Of a stretch of DNA of 64,000 nucleotides, positions 53,261 to 62,747 are shown piece after piece. The translations under genes and the position numbers were made by a program. Numbering within the stretch: the stretch's first letter is position 1; the number at the start of each line of letters is the position of its first letter. The DNA is from a virus (Duplodnaviria > Caudoviricetes), in IMG/VR virus record IMGVR_UViG_3300035208_002115, one strand, 5' to 3'. The notes under the pieces were generated by a model. It was not told the origin of the DNA. It saw nothing but the letters and a program-made list of their open reading frames with translations, and made no database searches.

Positions 53261-54064
53261 TATTTTTCAGTTGCAACCAGAGCTTCTGATATTTCATGGA
53301 TATTTCCTTGGAATCCAGCTCGTTTATTATCTTCGGATGTGTTATCTAACTTATAATCTTCAATCCACAATTCATCAATACCTTCACCAGCATCCCACAC
53401 TTTATAATTTCTATCATTTATTTTAACAGTTGCATATGCACCTTGATAATTATCAAATCCCTCAACATTTATTAGTTCAAATGGAAATCCTTCAGGTAAA
53501 ATTTCTTTTAAATCTTCCATTTGGTCAGCCATATATTTGATACGACTGGTATATTCGTCTACATCATCGGGATTATCCTTAACATATTGCCAATCCAAAT
53601 CAGAAGGCCACTCACCAGTTTCATTTATTTTACCTGTTGTAACATTCTCGTTGAATTTATTGAATTCTTTTAAATATTTCATAATTAATTTTTTATTTTT
53701 AGTGTATATATTTTTAATTTTTAATCGGCATTTCCATTTTATTATTTTTAAGTCCTATTGATTTGTCAAATGCATCTCTTTGTTTTGACCATTCATGTTT
53801 ATCATATGGGGTTTTATATGGTAATAAATTTAAAGCTTCTTTTTCTTTGCCTTTAAGTTGAGATAACACAAAATCAACAATTTGTCTTTCATCTCTTTCA
53901 CCATTGTATGGTGATTCAATTAAACCATTTTTTTCTAATTTATCAATGGCACTTTTATTTAAAGACATAGCAGAAGTAGGTTCATCTCTTTTCCATAATA
54001 CATCTTCTATTTCTTTTCTTAAAAAATCTTCATTATAATTTTCAAAAGTTTTTATAAACTTCAT
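53257..54064 (-). CDS. Two proteins with capsid-targeting-like N-termini (53257-53682, 53714-54064)
   Basis: MKYLKEFNKFNE, MKFIKTFENYNE; TTAATATATA at 54091-54100. Confidence 0.75.
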
Positions 54065-54424
54065 ATACCTACATTAATTTTTATATTAATTATATATTAA
54101 CATTTTAAAATGAATTTCTTATTAAAAAATTATTCAAAAAAAAATCATTTATAATTCAACAAAATTGTTAAATTATAAATGATTCTTCTATTAATTAAAC
54201 TATTACAATATATCCAGATGGATATAATTATCATATTGAAACGCTTATACTAACTAAATTTAAACAAACGCTTGTTTCTTTTCACTTAAAATTAAGTGAT
54301 ACTTTTTTATAAAGTTTTCCTTAAACGTTTTTTCTTCAATAGTTTTATCAATACTCTTTTCTGAATCAATTTTAGATTTCTCTGTTGAGCTGTCTAATAA
54401 CATCGTTGTTCAAAAAATTATTTT

Positions 54425-54742
54425 TTACTTCTTTTTAGCAAGAATAGCTTTTAACTTTTCCATAAAATTCGAAAAATTAGTATCTAATTCTCCAGCATCT
54501 TTACTTATATCAGCAAGTAATTCTTTCACCATTGGTGTTAATTCTTCAATTTTAGCAAGAATAGCAGCCTTTTCGGTTTCATCTAATTTTTTATCTGATA
54601 ACGCATCTAAGATTACTTTAGAGAATTCTTTGAACTTTTGAGAGATGGCTTTAAATTTATTATAATACATAACTGCGCCAGCAAAACCGCCTAATAAAGC
54701 TATCCCAAAAACCACGATTAAAACAATTGTTAAAATTTCCAT
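54425..54742 (-). CDS. Membrane-anchored helical protein
   Basis: N-terminal TM helix; TTAATATATA at 54763-54772. Confidence 0.6.
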   Translation of the reverse strand: MEILTIVLIVVFGIALLGGFAGAVMYYNKFKAISQKFKEFSKVILDALSDKKLDETEKAAILAKIEELTPMVKELLADISKDAGELDTNFSNFMEKLKAILAKKK

Positions 54743-54853
54743 ATTCTAATTTTATTTTTCTCTATATATTAAAATTTTAAGACCTATTTTTTCTTTTTTA
54801 TAAAAAAAGATGATTTTTTACCTAAAAAAACATAAAAAAATAATATATACCAG

Positions 54854-55381
54854 CTAAAGATATGGTACAAGATAGTTCACAAAGCTAAGTGAAACTAACG
54901 TTGTACCAAATTTCTTTTCAGGAATGAAACTATTAGATATCATATTTATATCTTTCATTTCAAAATCCTGAAATCCATTGATATATAATTCATTAAGACT
55001 TTTATGTAATAAATTTTCAATTTCTTCTACTTCATAATTACCATTATGTTCACACACTAATCCACCATATTTATGATTACCTTTATCATATAACCAGCCA
55101 TAAATTATTCCAGCACTTATTATATCTCCACTATTTCCAGTTGAAACCGCCATAATAGATTCTAAAACAGAACCAAAAATCATATTTGTTGGCTGTTTTA
55201 TTAATGTAGCTTCTTTTGGTAATATTGAAGAATAAGTCATAATATTAAATTTTTCAATATTGGCTTCTTTCAAAGCCAAGTGATATGACCCAGCATGAAC
55301 TGTTATATCACTTTCACCCGAACCCTTAGTGATAAAAAAATCCTTTGGTATTCGATTTCCAACAAGAAAGCTTTTATTCAT
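54854..55381 (-). CDS. pdaD: Pyruvoyl-dependent arginine decarboxylase
   Basis: PKDFFIT.G.G, SYHLAL..ANIE.FNIMTYSSILP (Ser-Ser cleavage site), GGLVCE. Confidence 0.85.
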   Translation of the reverse strand: MNKSFLVGNRIPKDFFITKGSGESDITVHAGSYHLALKEANIEKFNIMTYSSILPKEATLIKQPTNMIFGSVLESIMAVSTGNSGDIISAGIIYGWLYDKGNHKYGGLVCEHNGNYEVEEIENLLHKSLNELYINGFQDFEMKDINMISNSFIPEKKFGTTLVSLSFVNYLVPYL

Positions 55382-55454
55382 TATTTTAATATTGTTTATT
55401 TTTTGTTAAAAAAGGTATATATTAATTATTGTATCATTTTTTTACTTAATCTGG

Positions 55455-56141
55455 TTAGTTTTTTAAATTAATTCGACCTTCTGGAAAATTACTAAGTATA
55501 TTATATTTTTTTAAAATATCCCGACCATATTTTTTTAAATATCCACACTTAACCACTTCAAAATACCATTTTACTGATTTTAATAATGTGAATATTCTTG
55601 GTTCGAGTGTTCTTATTCTATTTGTAGCATTTATTTCATTAGACCAAGGATTTTCACCTTTACACATACATTTTTTGTAAAATTCACGTTTCCAGAAGCC
55701 CGGGTGATGACTAACCAAAAACCTACTTCTTGTATTATCCAACTGAATATAATTTTCTCCTTCCACATTTGATGTTACACAATAGAACGTATTATGATTT
55801 CTTAGTAATCTTAATGCATCAAAATCATATTTTACAAAATCATAGTAATAACTTTGAATATCTATGGGTTTAATCATCCATATATCTTCTTGAAGATATA
55901 GTAAATTGTTTTCTTTTATTTTATCCAATATAAATAACAACCTGTCCGAAAATTCGTTCTCACCAGTCTTTAACTGTATTATTTTTTCATGTTTAAATGG
56001 TAAATCAATAACCTCGTTACAAAAATATATTTTATATGGTAAATTAAAATCCCAAAATTCATTAAAACTGTGATACCAACCTTCCCAAAACAATTCATAT
56101 TTATCACAAGTTTGAATAACTATCGCTAAATCTTCATCCAT
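55455..56141 (-). CDS. Glycosyltransferase-like protein
   Basis: IQTCDKY, LYLQED (DxD-like), NPW..E. Confidence 0.55.
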   Translation of the reverse strand: MDEDLAIVIQTCDKYELFWEGWYHSFNEFWDFNLPYKIYFCNEVIDLPFKHEKIIQLKTGENEFSDRLLFILDKIKENNLLYLQEDIWMIKPIDIQSYYYDFVKYDFDALRLLRNHNTFYCVTSNVEGENYIQLDNTRSRFLVSHHPGFWKREFYKKCMCKGENPWSNEINATNRIRTLEPRIFTLLKSVKWYFEVVKCGYLKKYGRDILKKYNILSNFPEGRINLKN

Positions 56142-56226
56142 ATTTAATTTTTTATTTTTTTTGTTATATATTTCAATTTCTGCATTCCTGAAATTAATAT
56201 ATAAATAAAAATATTATTAGAAAAGT

Positions 56227-57642
56227 ATGTCTAATTTTTCATCAAAGTATTTAAATGACTTCAATATACTTAAAAATGCTTTTATAGGATTTGAATTTGA
56301 ATTTTTTACCAAAGATAATATATCTTATTATAAATTATTAGAAAAATTAAACAATTCATTCAGAGAATTAAACATACAAGTTCAAGGGTTCAGAAAATAC
56401 CACCCAGAAACAAAACCTACTAATAATAATTATTTAATAACACCAGACTTCTCAGGTGGTAGTTCAATGGTTGAATTTATCACAAGTAAAATAAAATATA
56501 GTTTTGCCAGAATTGTTTTATTAAAATCTTTAGAATTTATTAGAGAAAATGGTTATACTAATGAAAAGTGTTCATTACATATAAATATTTCATTTGACGA
56601 TAACCCAGATGGAAAAACCATTGATAAAGTGAATAGACTAAAATTAATACTTAATGTTGATGAAGAACTCATTTATAAATATTTTCCAGAAAGAAAAGAT
56701 AACTATTACGCCAAATCAATTAAAAGAATTATACCATTCAAACAGTTTAATTATGCAACTGACGGCTTGAATATCTTACAATCGAGTTTAGAATTACCAG
56801 ACAATGATAGATATTACGGTATTAATTTTATGGTTCTTTCTGATGGAAGATTAGAATATAGGTATATTGGTCATAATGATTATGAAAAAAAAACAAATGA
56901 GATATTACAGTTAATGGATTATTTCATAGTATTAACATGGAATTGTATAAATGAACCTCTTACTGATGATGATTTAGATGAATTGGAAGAATATTTAGGT
57001 AAAAATATAAATGTTTATAAAAATTTCAATAGTTTGGATAATTTCATAGGTAGTTTTCCAACTATAAATTTAGAAGTTGATAGAAGCTCATCTATGACTA
57101 CAATAACTGTTCATTATGGTGACATTTATAACGAATTATACGACTTAATATCAAATACTTTCAATTTGAATAATTGTACAATAAATTATAACACAGACAC
57201 AAAAGAATTAGAGTTGGTCGATTCGACTATGACTGGTATTTTTGATATCAGTAACTGGACTATCATAGACAGTACAATAAATGGCGGTGTTTTTGACCAC
57301 TGTAAATTTATAAATTGTACCATTAATAATTCTATGATTAAGAATTCAGAAATATGTATAACAGATGTATTTAATTGTAAAGTGAGTACTTCTACTGCTG
57401 ATAGTGAAACTCTAATATCAATGTCATTTTTTTATGGTGGTATTATGAACGGTGAAATGCCAGATGGCATCCTTAGAATGTCTAAAGTTGGTGAAACTGG
57501 AGTAATTGGAGATGAAGTTAAAGTCGTAAGTGATAATGATGACTTCTTTGGTATTACAAGTCAAAACAACTATGATGAAAAAGATAAGGGGGCTAAAAAA
57601 GGTATATTAATAGATACTACCAAAAAAGGTAAAACATGGTAA
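56227..57642 (+). CDS. Putative amidoligase (COOH-NH2 ligase) with C-terminal beta-helix-like repeats
   Basis: GFEFEF, VEFIT, CSLHINIS, RYYGIN, LEYRYIG; TTAATATATA at 56194. Confidence 0.65.
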   Translation: MSNFSSKYLNDFNILKNAFIGFEFEFFTKDNISYYKLLEKLNNSFRELNIQVQGFRKYHPETKPTNNNYLITPDFSGGSSMVEFITSKIKYSFARIVLLKSLEFIRENGYTNEKCSLHINISFDDNPDGKTIDKVNRLKLILNVDEELIYKYFPERKDNYYAKSIKRIIPFKQFNYATDGLNILQSSLELPDNDRYYGINFMVLSDGRLEYRYIGHNDYEKKTNEILQLMDYFIVLTWNCINEPLTDDDLDELEEYLGKNINVYKNFNSLDNFIGSFPTINLEVDRSSSMTTITVHYGDIYNELYDLISNTFNLNNCTINYNTDTKELELVDSTMTGIFDISNWTIIDSTINGGVFDHCKFINCTINNSMIKNSEICITDVFNCKVSTSTADSETLISMSFFYGGIMNGEMPDGILRMSKVGETGVIGDEVKVVSDNDDFFGITSQNNYDEKDKGAKKGILIDTTKKGKTW

Positions 57643-57756
57643 TCCTTTAAATAAGCACAATACAAAAAAATAATTGAAAAAAATATTCTTTTTTCTTGTA
57701 TTATTATAAATCTTTTACATAATTTTACATAAAACAATTTAAAAATAGGCGATTAC

Positions 57757-58152
57757 ATGAAACAACTACTTTTTACCATCCTTTTTTTGGGGTTAACATT
57801 AACTACATTTGGACAGCAATTATTAAACAGTTCTACGAAACAAACAGAAGAATATGCTTACTTAACTATTGAAAGCGAGACAATTATAGTGTCTGGTGAT
57901 GCAGAAAACACACAGTCTAAAACATCCGATATCATATTTAAAGTATATATCACCAATGGCGTTAATACAGAATTTATTACAATAAATAAAAAATTTAATA
58001 GTGAACTTTATTATATAAATCAACTTGCTAAGTTAGGTTGGTTATATGTAGAAAATGTAAATAGGATACAGTTAGAAGAAAGTATAACCTTTGCCACTAC
58101 GGATAAATATACAATTTGTAAAACCTTTTTGTTCAAAAGACACACTGATTAA
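57757..58152 (+). CDS. Secreted/periplasmic protein
   Basis: Signal peptide MKQLLFTILFLGLTLTTFG-Q, Bacteroidota-style with Gln after cleavage. Confidence 0.7.
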   Translation: MKQLLFTILFLGLTLTTFGQQLLNSSTKQTEEYAYLTIESETIIVSGDAENTQSKTSDIIFKVYITNGVNTEFITINKKFNSELYYINQLAKLGWLYVENVNRIQLEESITFATTDKYTICKTFLFKRHTD

Positions 58153-58180
58153 ATTCACCTTTAGCATCTATACATAATTT

Positions 58181-58213
58181 AAAAGTGAAAATTCGAAAGG
58201 ATTTTCACTTTTT
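58181..58213 (+). terminator. Intrinsic terminator
   Basis: AAAAGTGAAAATTC-GAAA-GGATTTTCACTTTT. Confidence 0.8.
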
Positions 58214-58247
58214 CTTTTTTATATATAATAAAAAATAATTTTTATAT

Positions 58248-59801
58248 ATGTTAATTAAGAATTTCAATTCATTCATAGTTAATGAAAGTGCTGAATCTGT
58301 CGTTGAGTTTCTAACAAAAGTTAGAGAAGACTTAGATATAATGGGCGAAGTTAAACCTATTCTAAATTCATCTTTCGAACGTCTTAGTAGTAAGAAAATT
58401 AATACAGTCGATGATTTCAGAGAAGCAATGGAAGATGCAACGGGGGCTGATGCAACTAATTTAAGTGGTTTCGACCTTGATAAGCAACTTGACCTGTGTA
58501 TATATGCAGAAGAAGAAGAAGATGGTAATGATAAAGGATGTCCAGCTTGTTCTTTTGATGATTTAGCTGGTATAATAAATGATAATGCTGTAAATGGTTT
58601 GAATTATATAGTAAATAGTTATTTACATCCACTTTTAGATAGAATTGAATCTTTCATGAATAATAATAATTTATCATATAGTAATATTCATCGTTTTGAA
58701 CAATATGATATGTTAGCACCATTATCACAAAAAACAATAGTAAATGGTTCTTATTCAATATATCAAGAAGCTAAAGAAGACCCCAAATTCGCAGAATATA
58801 ACTATATAGATGAAGAACTTGGGACTGAATTCTATATTACAAAAATGAATATTAAATAATGTCAATAAAATCGTATAATTATTTTCTGACCAATGATAAT
58901 AAATCAATTATAGAAAATTATAATAAATTAATATCAGAGGGTGTAGAAGTTGATGATGCTTTATTAGAAACTGCCCAGAAATTTAATAAAGATAAAAAGT
59001 CTATCAATAAAATCGTTATTGGTGTATTATACGAAAACACATATGCGAAGAAATTTGAAGATTATATAGGTAGTACTCCACACATTAATAGAGAAGATAT
59101 AGGTTTAAAACCTGAAGGTGGGGAAGAAAATGAGGAAGAAGAAACACAAACATCTACTGATAAACAAGACCAAGATATTATACACTTCGGAGAATATAGA
59201 AAAGGGTCTGATAAATGGGGTTCAATGATAACTAAGATTATGGAATGGTTACGCCTTAAAAAAGATGAAATGAAAAAAGAGTTGGATAATATTCAAATAA
59301 ATGTTGATGATTTTCAAAGTGAAACAAATATACCATTAACTGAACTTGAAGATTTCGTTAAAGATAAAATTTCAAAAGGTTTATATAATTTTGAAATAGT
59401 CATTGATTATGATAATAACTCAATTAAGTTTTATAACTTATCTGATAGAAACACATTACAAATTGAACAAAATAAGTAAAAATATGAAAAAACATATATC
59501 AACTTTTAATAATTTTTCAAATGAGTCTCTAACAAATATTGGGAACTTGAAAAATACAGTACAAGTATTCAATTGGATTGATATTGATGCGAATAATAAA
59601 TTAAGAGAACTTATATTAAATTTTTATAGGAGTGATTTAAATGGAAGTGATACTTATATAAGATATTACCCAAATGATAATGATTATGACTATATGAACC
59701 AAGAACTACAAACACTCTTAAATGAATATCTTATTAATGATGGATATTACATTGATAAAAATGATGAATACTTTTATATTCTATTAAGAATCGATTGGTA
59801 A
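58248..59801 (+). CDS. Three acidic proteins with capsid-targeting-like N-termini (58248-58859, 58859-59479, 59484-59801)
   Basis: MLIKNFNSFIVNE, MSIKSYNYFL, MKKHISTFNNFSNE. Confidence 0.7.
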
Positions 59802-59867
59802 ATAACCATATTTACATTTAATATTTTATTTTTTAATATATAGAATTATAAAATAAAATCTTAAATT

Positions 59868-60623
59868 ATGGCAAGAATTCCATTGGAACAATTAATTGAT
59901 ATCGTTCAAGCTGATTTAACCTTTTCAGGTGCAATACCAAAAGTTCTTCCTGATAAAGAAGTAAAACGTGTAATAAAAGAACATTGTATAGAATATTTTT
60001 ATAAGAATTATCAATTTGCCTTATTAAAAACCTATTATAAGTTAAATAGAAGCTGTTTAACTCAACTTCAATGTACAGGTGAACAATTCATTCAATTACC
60101 AGAAGAAGTCGAAGGACTTGTTCGTATTATGAATATTGATGACCCATCATTGTTCCGAATTGGGATTCAAGCCCCAAACCTATCTATAAACTTTGGTGTA
60201 ACAAACCAACCGTTTTTAACATCATTTGTTACTAATGTTGGCGAGTTAGCTACATATCGTCAAATATTAAGTGCATTTTCAGATGAGGTGAATAAATTAG
60301 CAAGAAACTTCACAAAGTTCCATTATAACCACGTTAATAAAAGATTAACTATACTGGATGACCTTAGAAATGATTTAATGTTAGAACTGTGGGTGAGAAT
60401 TGAACAGGAAGCATTATTCGACAATCAATTATTTAAAGATTATGTTATTGCATCTTCACAAAAAAGAATGGGTGAATTATTAGGAAGATACACATTCAAC
60501 ATGCCAGGTTCGTTTCAATACAACGCTTCTGATATTATATCTAACGCTGATGCAAAAATAACAGAGATTAAGGAAAAAATAGATAAAGAATCTAAGGTTA
60601 CATGGTTCTACATGAGTAAATAA
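59868..60623 (+). CDS. Neck/head-completion protein (T4 gp13-like)
   Basis: KDYVIA...MGELLGRYTFNMPGSFQYN resembles the gp13 C-terminal LPGG motif; TTAATATATA at 59833. Confidence 0.6.
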   Translation: MARIPLEQLIDIVQADLTFSGAIPKVLPDKEVKRVIKEHCIEYFYKNYQFALLKTYYKLNRSCLTQLQCTGEQFIQLPEEVEGLVRIMNIDDPSLFRIGIQAPNLSINFGVTNQPFLTSFVTNVGELATYRQILSAFSDEVNKLARNFTKFHYNHVNKRLTILDDLRNDLMLELWVRIEQEALFDNQLFKDYVIASSQKRMGELLGRYTFNMPGSFQYNASDIISNADAKITEIKEKIDKESKVTWFYMSK

Positions 60624-60634
60624 TAAGATTAAAT

Positions 60635-61312
60635 ATGATTCTTAAATATAATAAATTCTTAAATGAATCCTTAGACTTTAAATTGAATAATCCTGAATTT
60701 TGGGAAGATTATAAAAATTTATTAAAAAAACTAAATAATCAAGATAACTTTTCATCTTACTGGGAATTTAAAGAAAAGTGGGTAGGTGTTGTATTAGAAG
60801 AAAAACAACTTGAAAATGCTTATAATAAATTATATGTTGATTTACACAATAAAAATATAATTCCTGTCGGAATAACATTCAGTGAAAATATTTACATGTA
60901 CGCATATGGATGGCGAGATATTACTAAATTCTTAAAAAAAGAATATAATATTAATATAGATGACCCCTTTGATTTTATTAAAAATAAATCAGTTAAAATC
61001 TTCAGAGGTGTACCAAAAACTCAATATGAAAATCTTGAATACTTATCTGAAAATAAATTTAAATCTTTTACATTAGACAAAGAATTGGCAATTCGATTTA
61101 CACAATTAGGTTATGTTAGTGGGAGCTGGAAAGATGAATCGCAAAAAAACGGGTTTATTATAGAAACAGATATAACATTAAATGATATTTATATATACAA
61201 CCCAGAAGGTCACGAACACGAATGTATAGTTCGAGGTGAGTTAAATTATAAAAAAATCCATATTGTTGAAAATGGCAAAATTACAGAAGTTGCAAAAATT
61301 ACAGAATTATAA
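60635..61312 (+). CDS. Putative R-S-E ADP-ribosyltransferase with capsid-targeting-like N-terminus
   Basis: IFRG...SFTLDKELAIRF...EHECIV; starts MILKYNKFLNE. Confidence 0.6.
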   Translation: MILKYNKFLNESLDFKLNNPEFWEDYKNLLKKLNNQDNFSSYWEFKEKWVGVVLEEKQLENAYNKLYVDLHNKNIIPVGITFSENIYMYAYGWRDITKFLKKEYNINIDDPFDFIKNKSVKIFRGVPKTQYENLEYLSENKFKSFTLDKELAIRFTQLGYVSGSWKDESQKNGFIIETDITLNDIYIYNPEGHEHECIVRGELNYKKIHIVENGKITEVAKITEL

Positions 61313-62138
61313 AAGTTTTATTAATGAAGATTTAGGATTAATGGAACATGATGGCATATTAATTATAGTCGATGTTCAAAAAGAATTTGGTGATTACATC
61401 CCCGATGATATGGTTAAAGAATTGTTTGAATATTGTAAAGAATTTCATGATGTATATCAAATTTGGGATGCTCATGATGCTGCTACTCCGACTTTTAAAT
61501 TTCCCAATCAGAAGTTATCTATAAAAAAGCAATTCGGTAAAAAATTCTTAGAAAAAGATATTCAAAGTAAATTGGAAAAATTAAAAAATGGTAGTATTGA
61601 AGGTCAACAAATACAAATCGATTCGGATGACATTTTCGTTCGAGTTAAAAATAACCACGATTGGTTTTTTATAAACGAAGAATTATTAAAACTATTTAAT
61701 GAATTAAAAGGTAAAAAGGTTATAATGGTAGGTGGTGCTGACTTTGAATGTTTAAAAGATGTGTTTATTGCATGTAAATCTATGGGTGTTAAGGCCATGT
61801 TAAATCATAAATATATTTACAGTGCCGAAACTAAAAAGGAAGAAATATCCGAAAGTGTTGTATTTAAAGTTAACAATAACACTCCTGAAATTTTTCAAAG
61901 AACCATTTATAGATTACCAACTACAAAAGAATTAGAAAATGTAAATAAATTCAAGTTATCAGAAGAAAAAATTTTAAATGGATTTGTTTATACCATTATT
62001 GGTAGAGGTATTAAAGATTCTAAAAATAAACAAATAATAATAGAATCCATATCAATATTATGTGAATTATATCCAGATAATGAAACATATAAAAAAGCAC
62101 TCATTTTAGCTAAAAATCTGTCATTAAAAAGATTTTAA
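61272..62138 (+). CDS. Isochorismatase/cysteine hydrolase-like protein with capsid-targeting-like N-terminus
   Basis: ILIIVDVQ.EF, D.H, VGGADFEC; KLQNYKSFINE. Confidence 0.7.
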   Translation: MAKLQKLQKLQNYKSFINEDLGLMEHDGILIIVDVQKEFGDYIPDDMVKELFEYCKEFHDVYQIWDAHDAATPTFKFPNQKLSIKKQFGKKFLEKDIQSKLEKLKNGSIEGQQIQIDSDDIFVRVKNNHDWFFINEELLKLFNELKGKKVIMVGGADFECLKDVFIACKSMGVKAMLNHKYIYSAETKKEEISESVVFKVNNNTPEIFQRTIYRLPTTKELENVNKFKLSEEKILNGFVYTIIGRGIKDSKNKQIIIESISILCELYPDNETYKKALILAKNLSLKRF

Positions 62139-62168
62139 AAATTAATATATAAAAATAAAAACATCAAT

Positions 62169-62567
62169 ATGAAATACTTGAAAATATATGAGTCATATAG
62201 CAGTAATAAGTCTGAAAATTTTTATGCCAAATTTTGGATAACTGCATTATCGAATGCATTTAATAGTATTGCTGAAGTTGATAAAAGTCAGAAAATAAAA
62301 CCATTATATGGTGGGGGTGATTATATATTTGTCGGATACAAAATACCAATCCCAGATATAGAAAAAATATCTTATATTATAATAGAAGGTGTTCAAATTA
62401 ATGGTGTTATAGTTAATCCGTCAATAATAGTTTTCGATGAACAAAATATGGGAATGAGTCATGGTGCATTGCATACTACATATACATTCAAAAAGTTACA
62501 TAATGAAAATATAATTGAGGTTATAGAAGCAGCTAAAGATTATATAAAAAAATATTCATCAAATTAA
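62169..62567 (+). CDS. Hypothetical protein with capsid-targeting-like N-terminus
   Basis: MKYLKIYESY; TTAATATATA at 62142. Confidence 0.7.
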   Translation: MKYLKIYESYSSNKSENFYAKFWITALSNAFNSIAEVDKSQKIKPLYGGGDYIFVGYKIPIPDIEKISYIIIEGVQINGVIVNPSIIVFDEQNMGMSHGALHTTYTFKKLHNENIIEVIEAAKDYIKKYSSN

Positions 62568-62600
62568 ATACATTAAAATTAAAAATTAATATATAATGTT

Positions 62601-62747
62601 ATGACCGATGTACTGATGAATATTAGTGAAGAACATAAAAAAATATTAATAACTAAAATAGAATCAATATTTGAAAATGACCCATTGGTTAGGAAGGCCA
62701 AATTAAAAAAAATATTTAACGAAGATGGCATTAGACTTATCGACTGA
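62601..62747 (+). CDS. 48-aa protein carrying the C-terminal tail motif
   Basis: Hand translation MTDVLMNISEEHKKILITKIESIFENDPLVRKAKLKKIFNEDGIRLID. Confidence 0.6.
   Translation: MTDVLMNISEEHKKILITKIESIFENDPLVRKAKLKKIFNEDGIRLID

Noticed and set aside
61274-61308. Short tandem duplication GCAAAA(A)TTACAGAA
   Set aside because: Two imperfect copies at a gene overlap; explains KLQKLQKLQ but shows no sign of function.
4408-61798. Antisense ORFs such as 4408, 5006, 11625, 13635, 15359, 15890, 16428, 17456, 39638, 48567, 53537, 61604
   Set aside because: They lie mostly or entirely opposite well-supported genes and have F/S/I/L-biased shadow composition.
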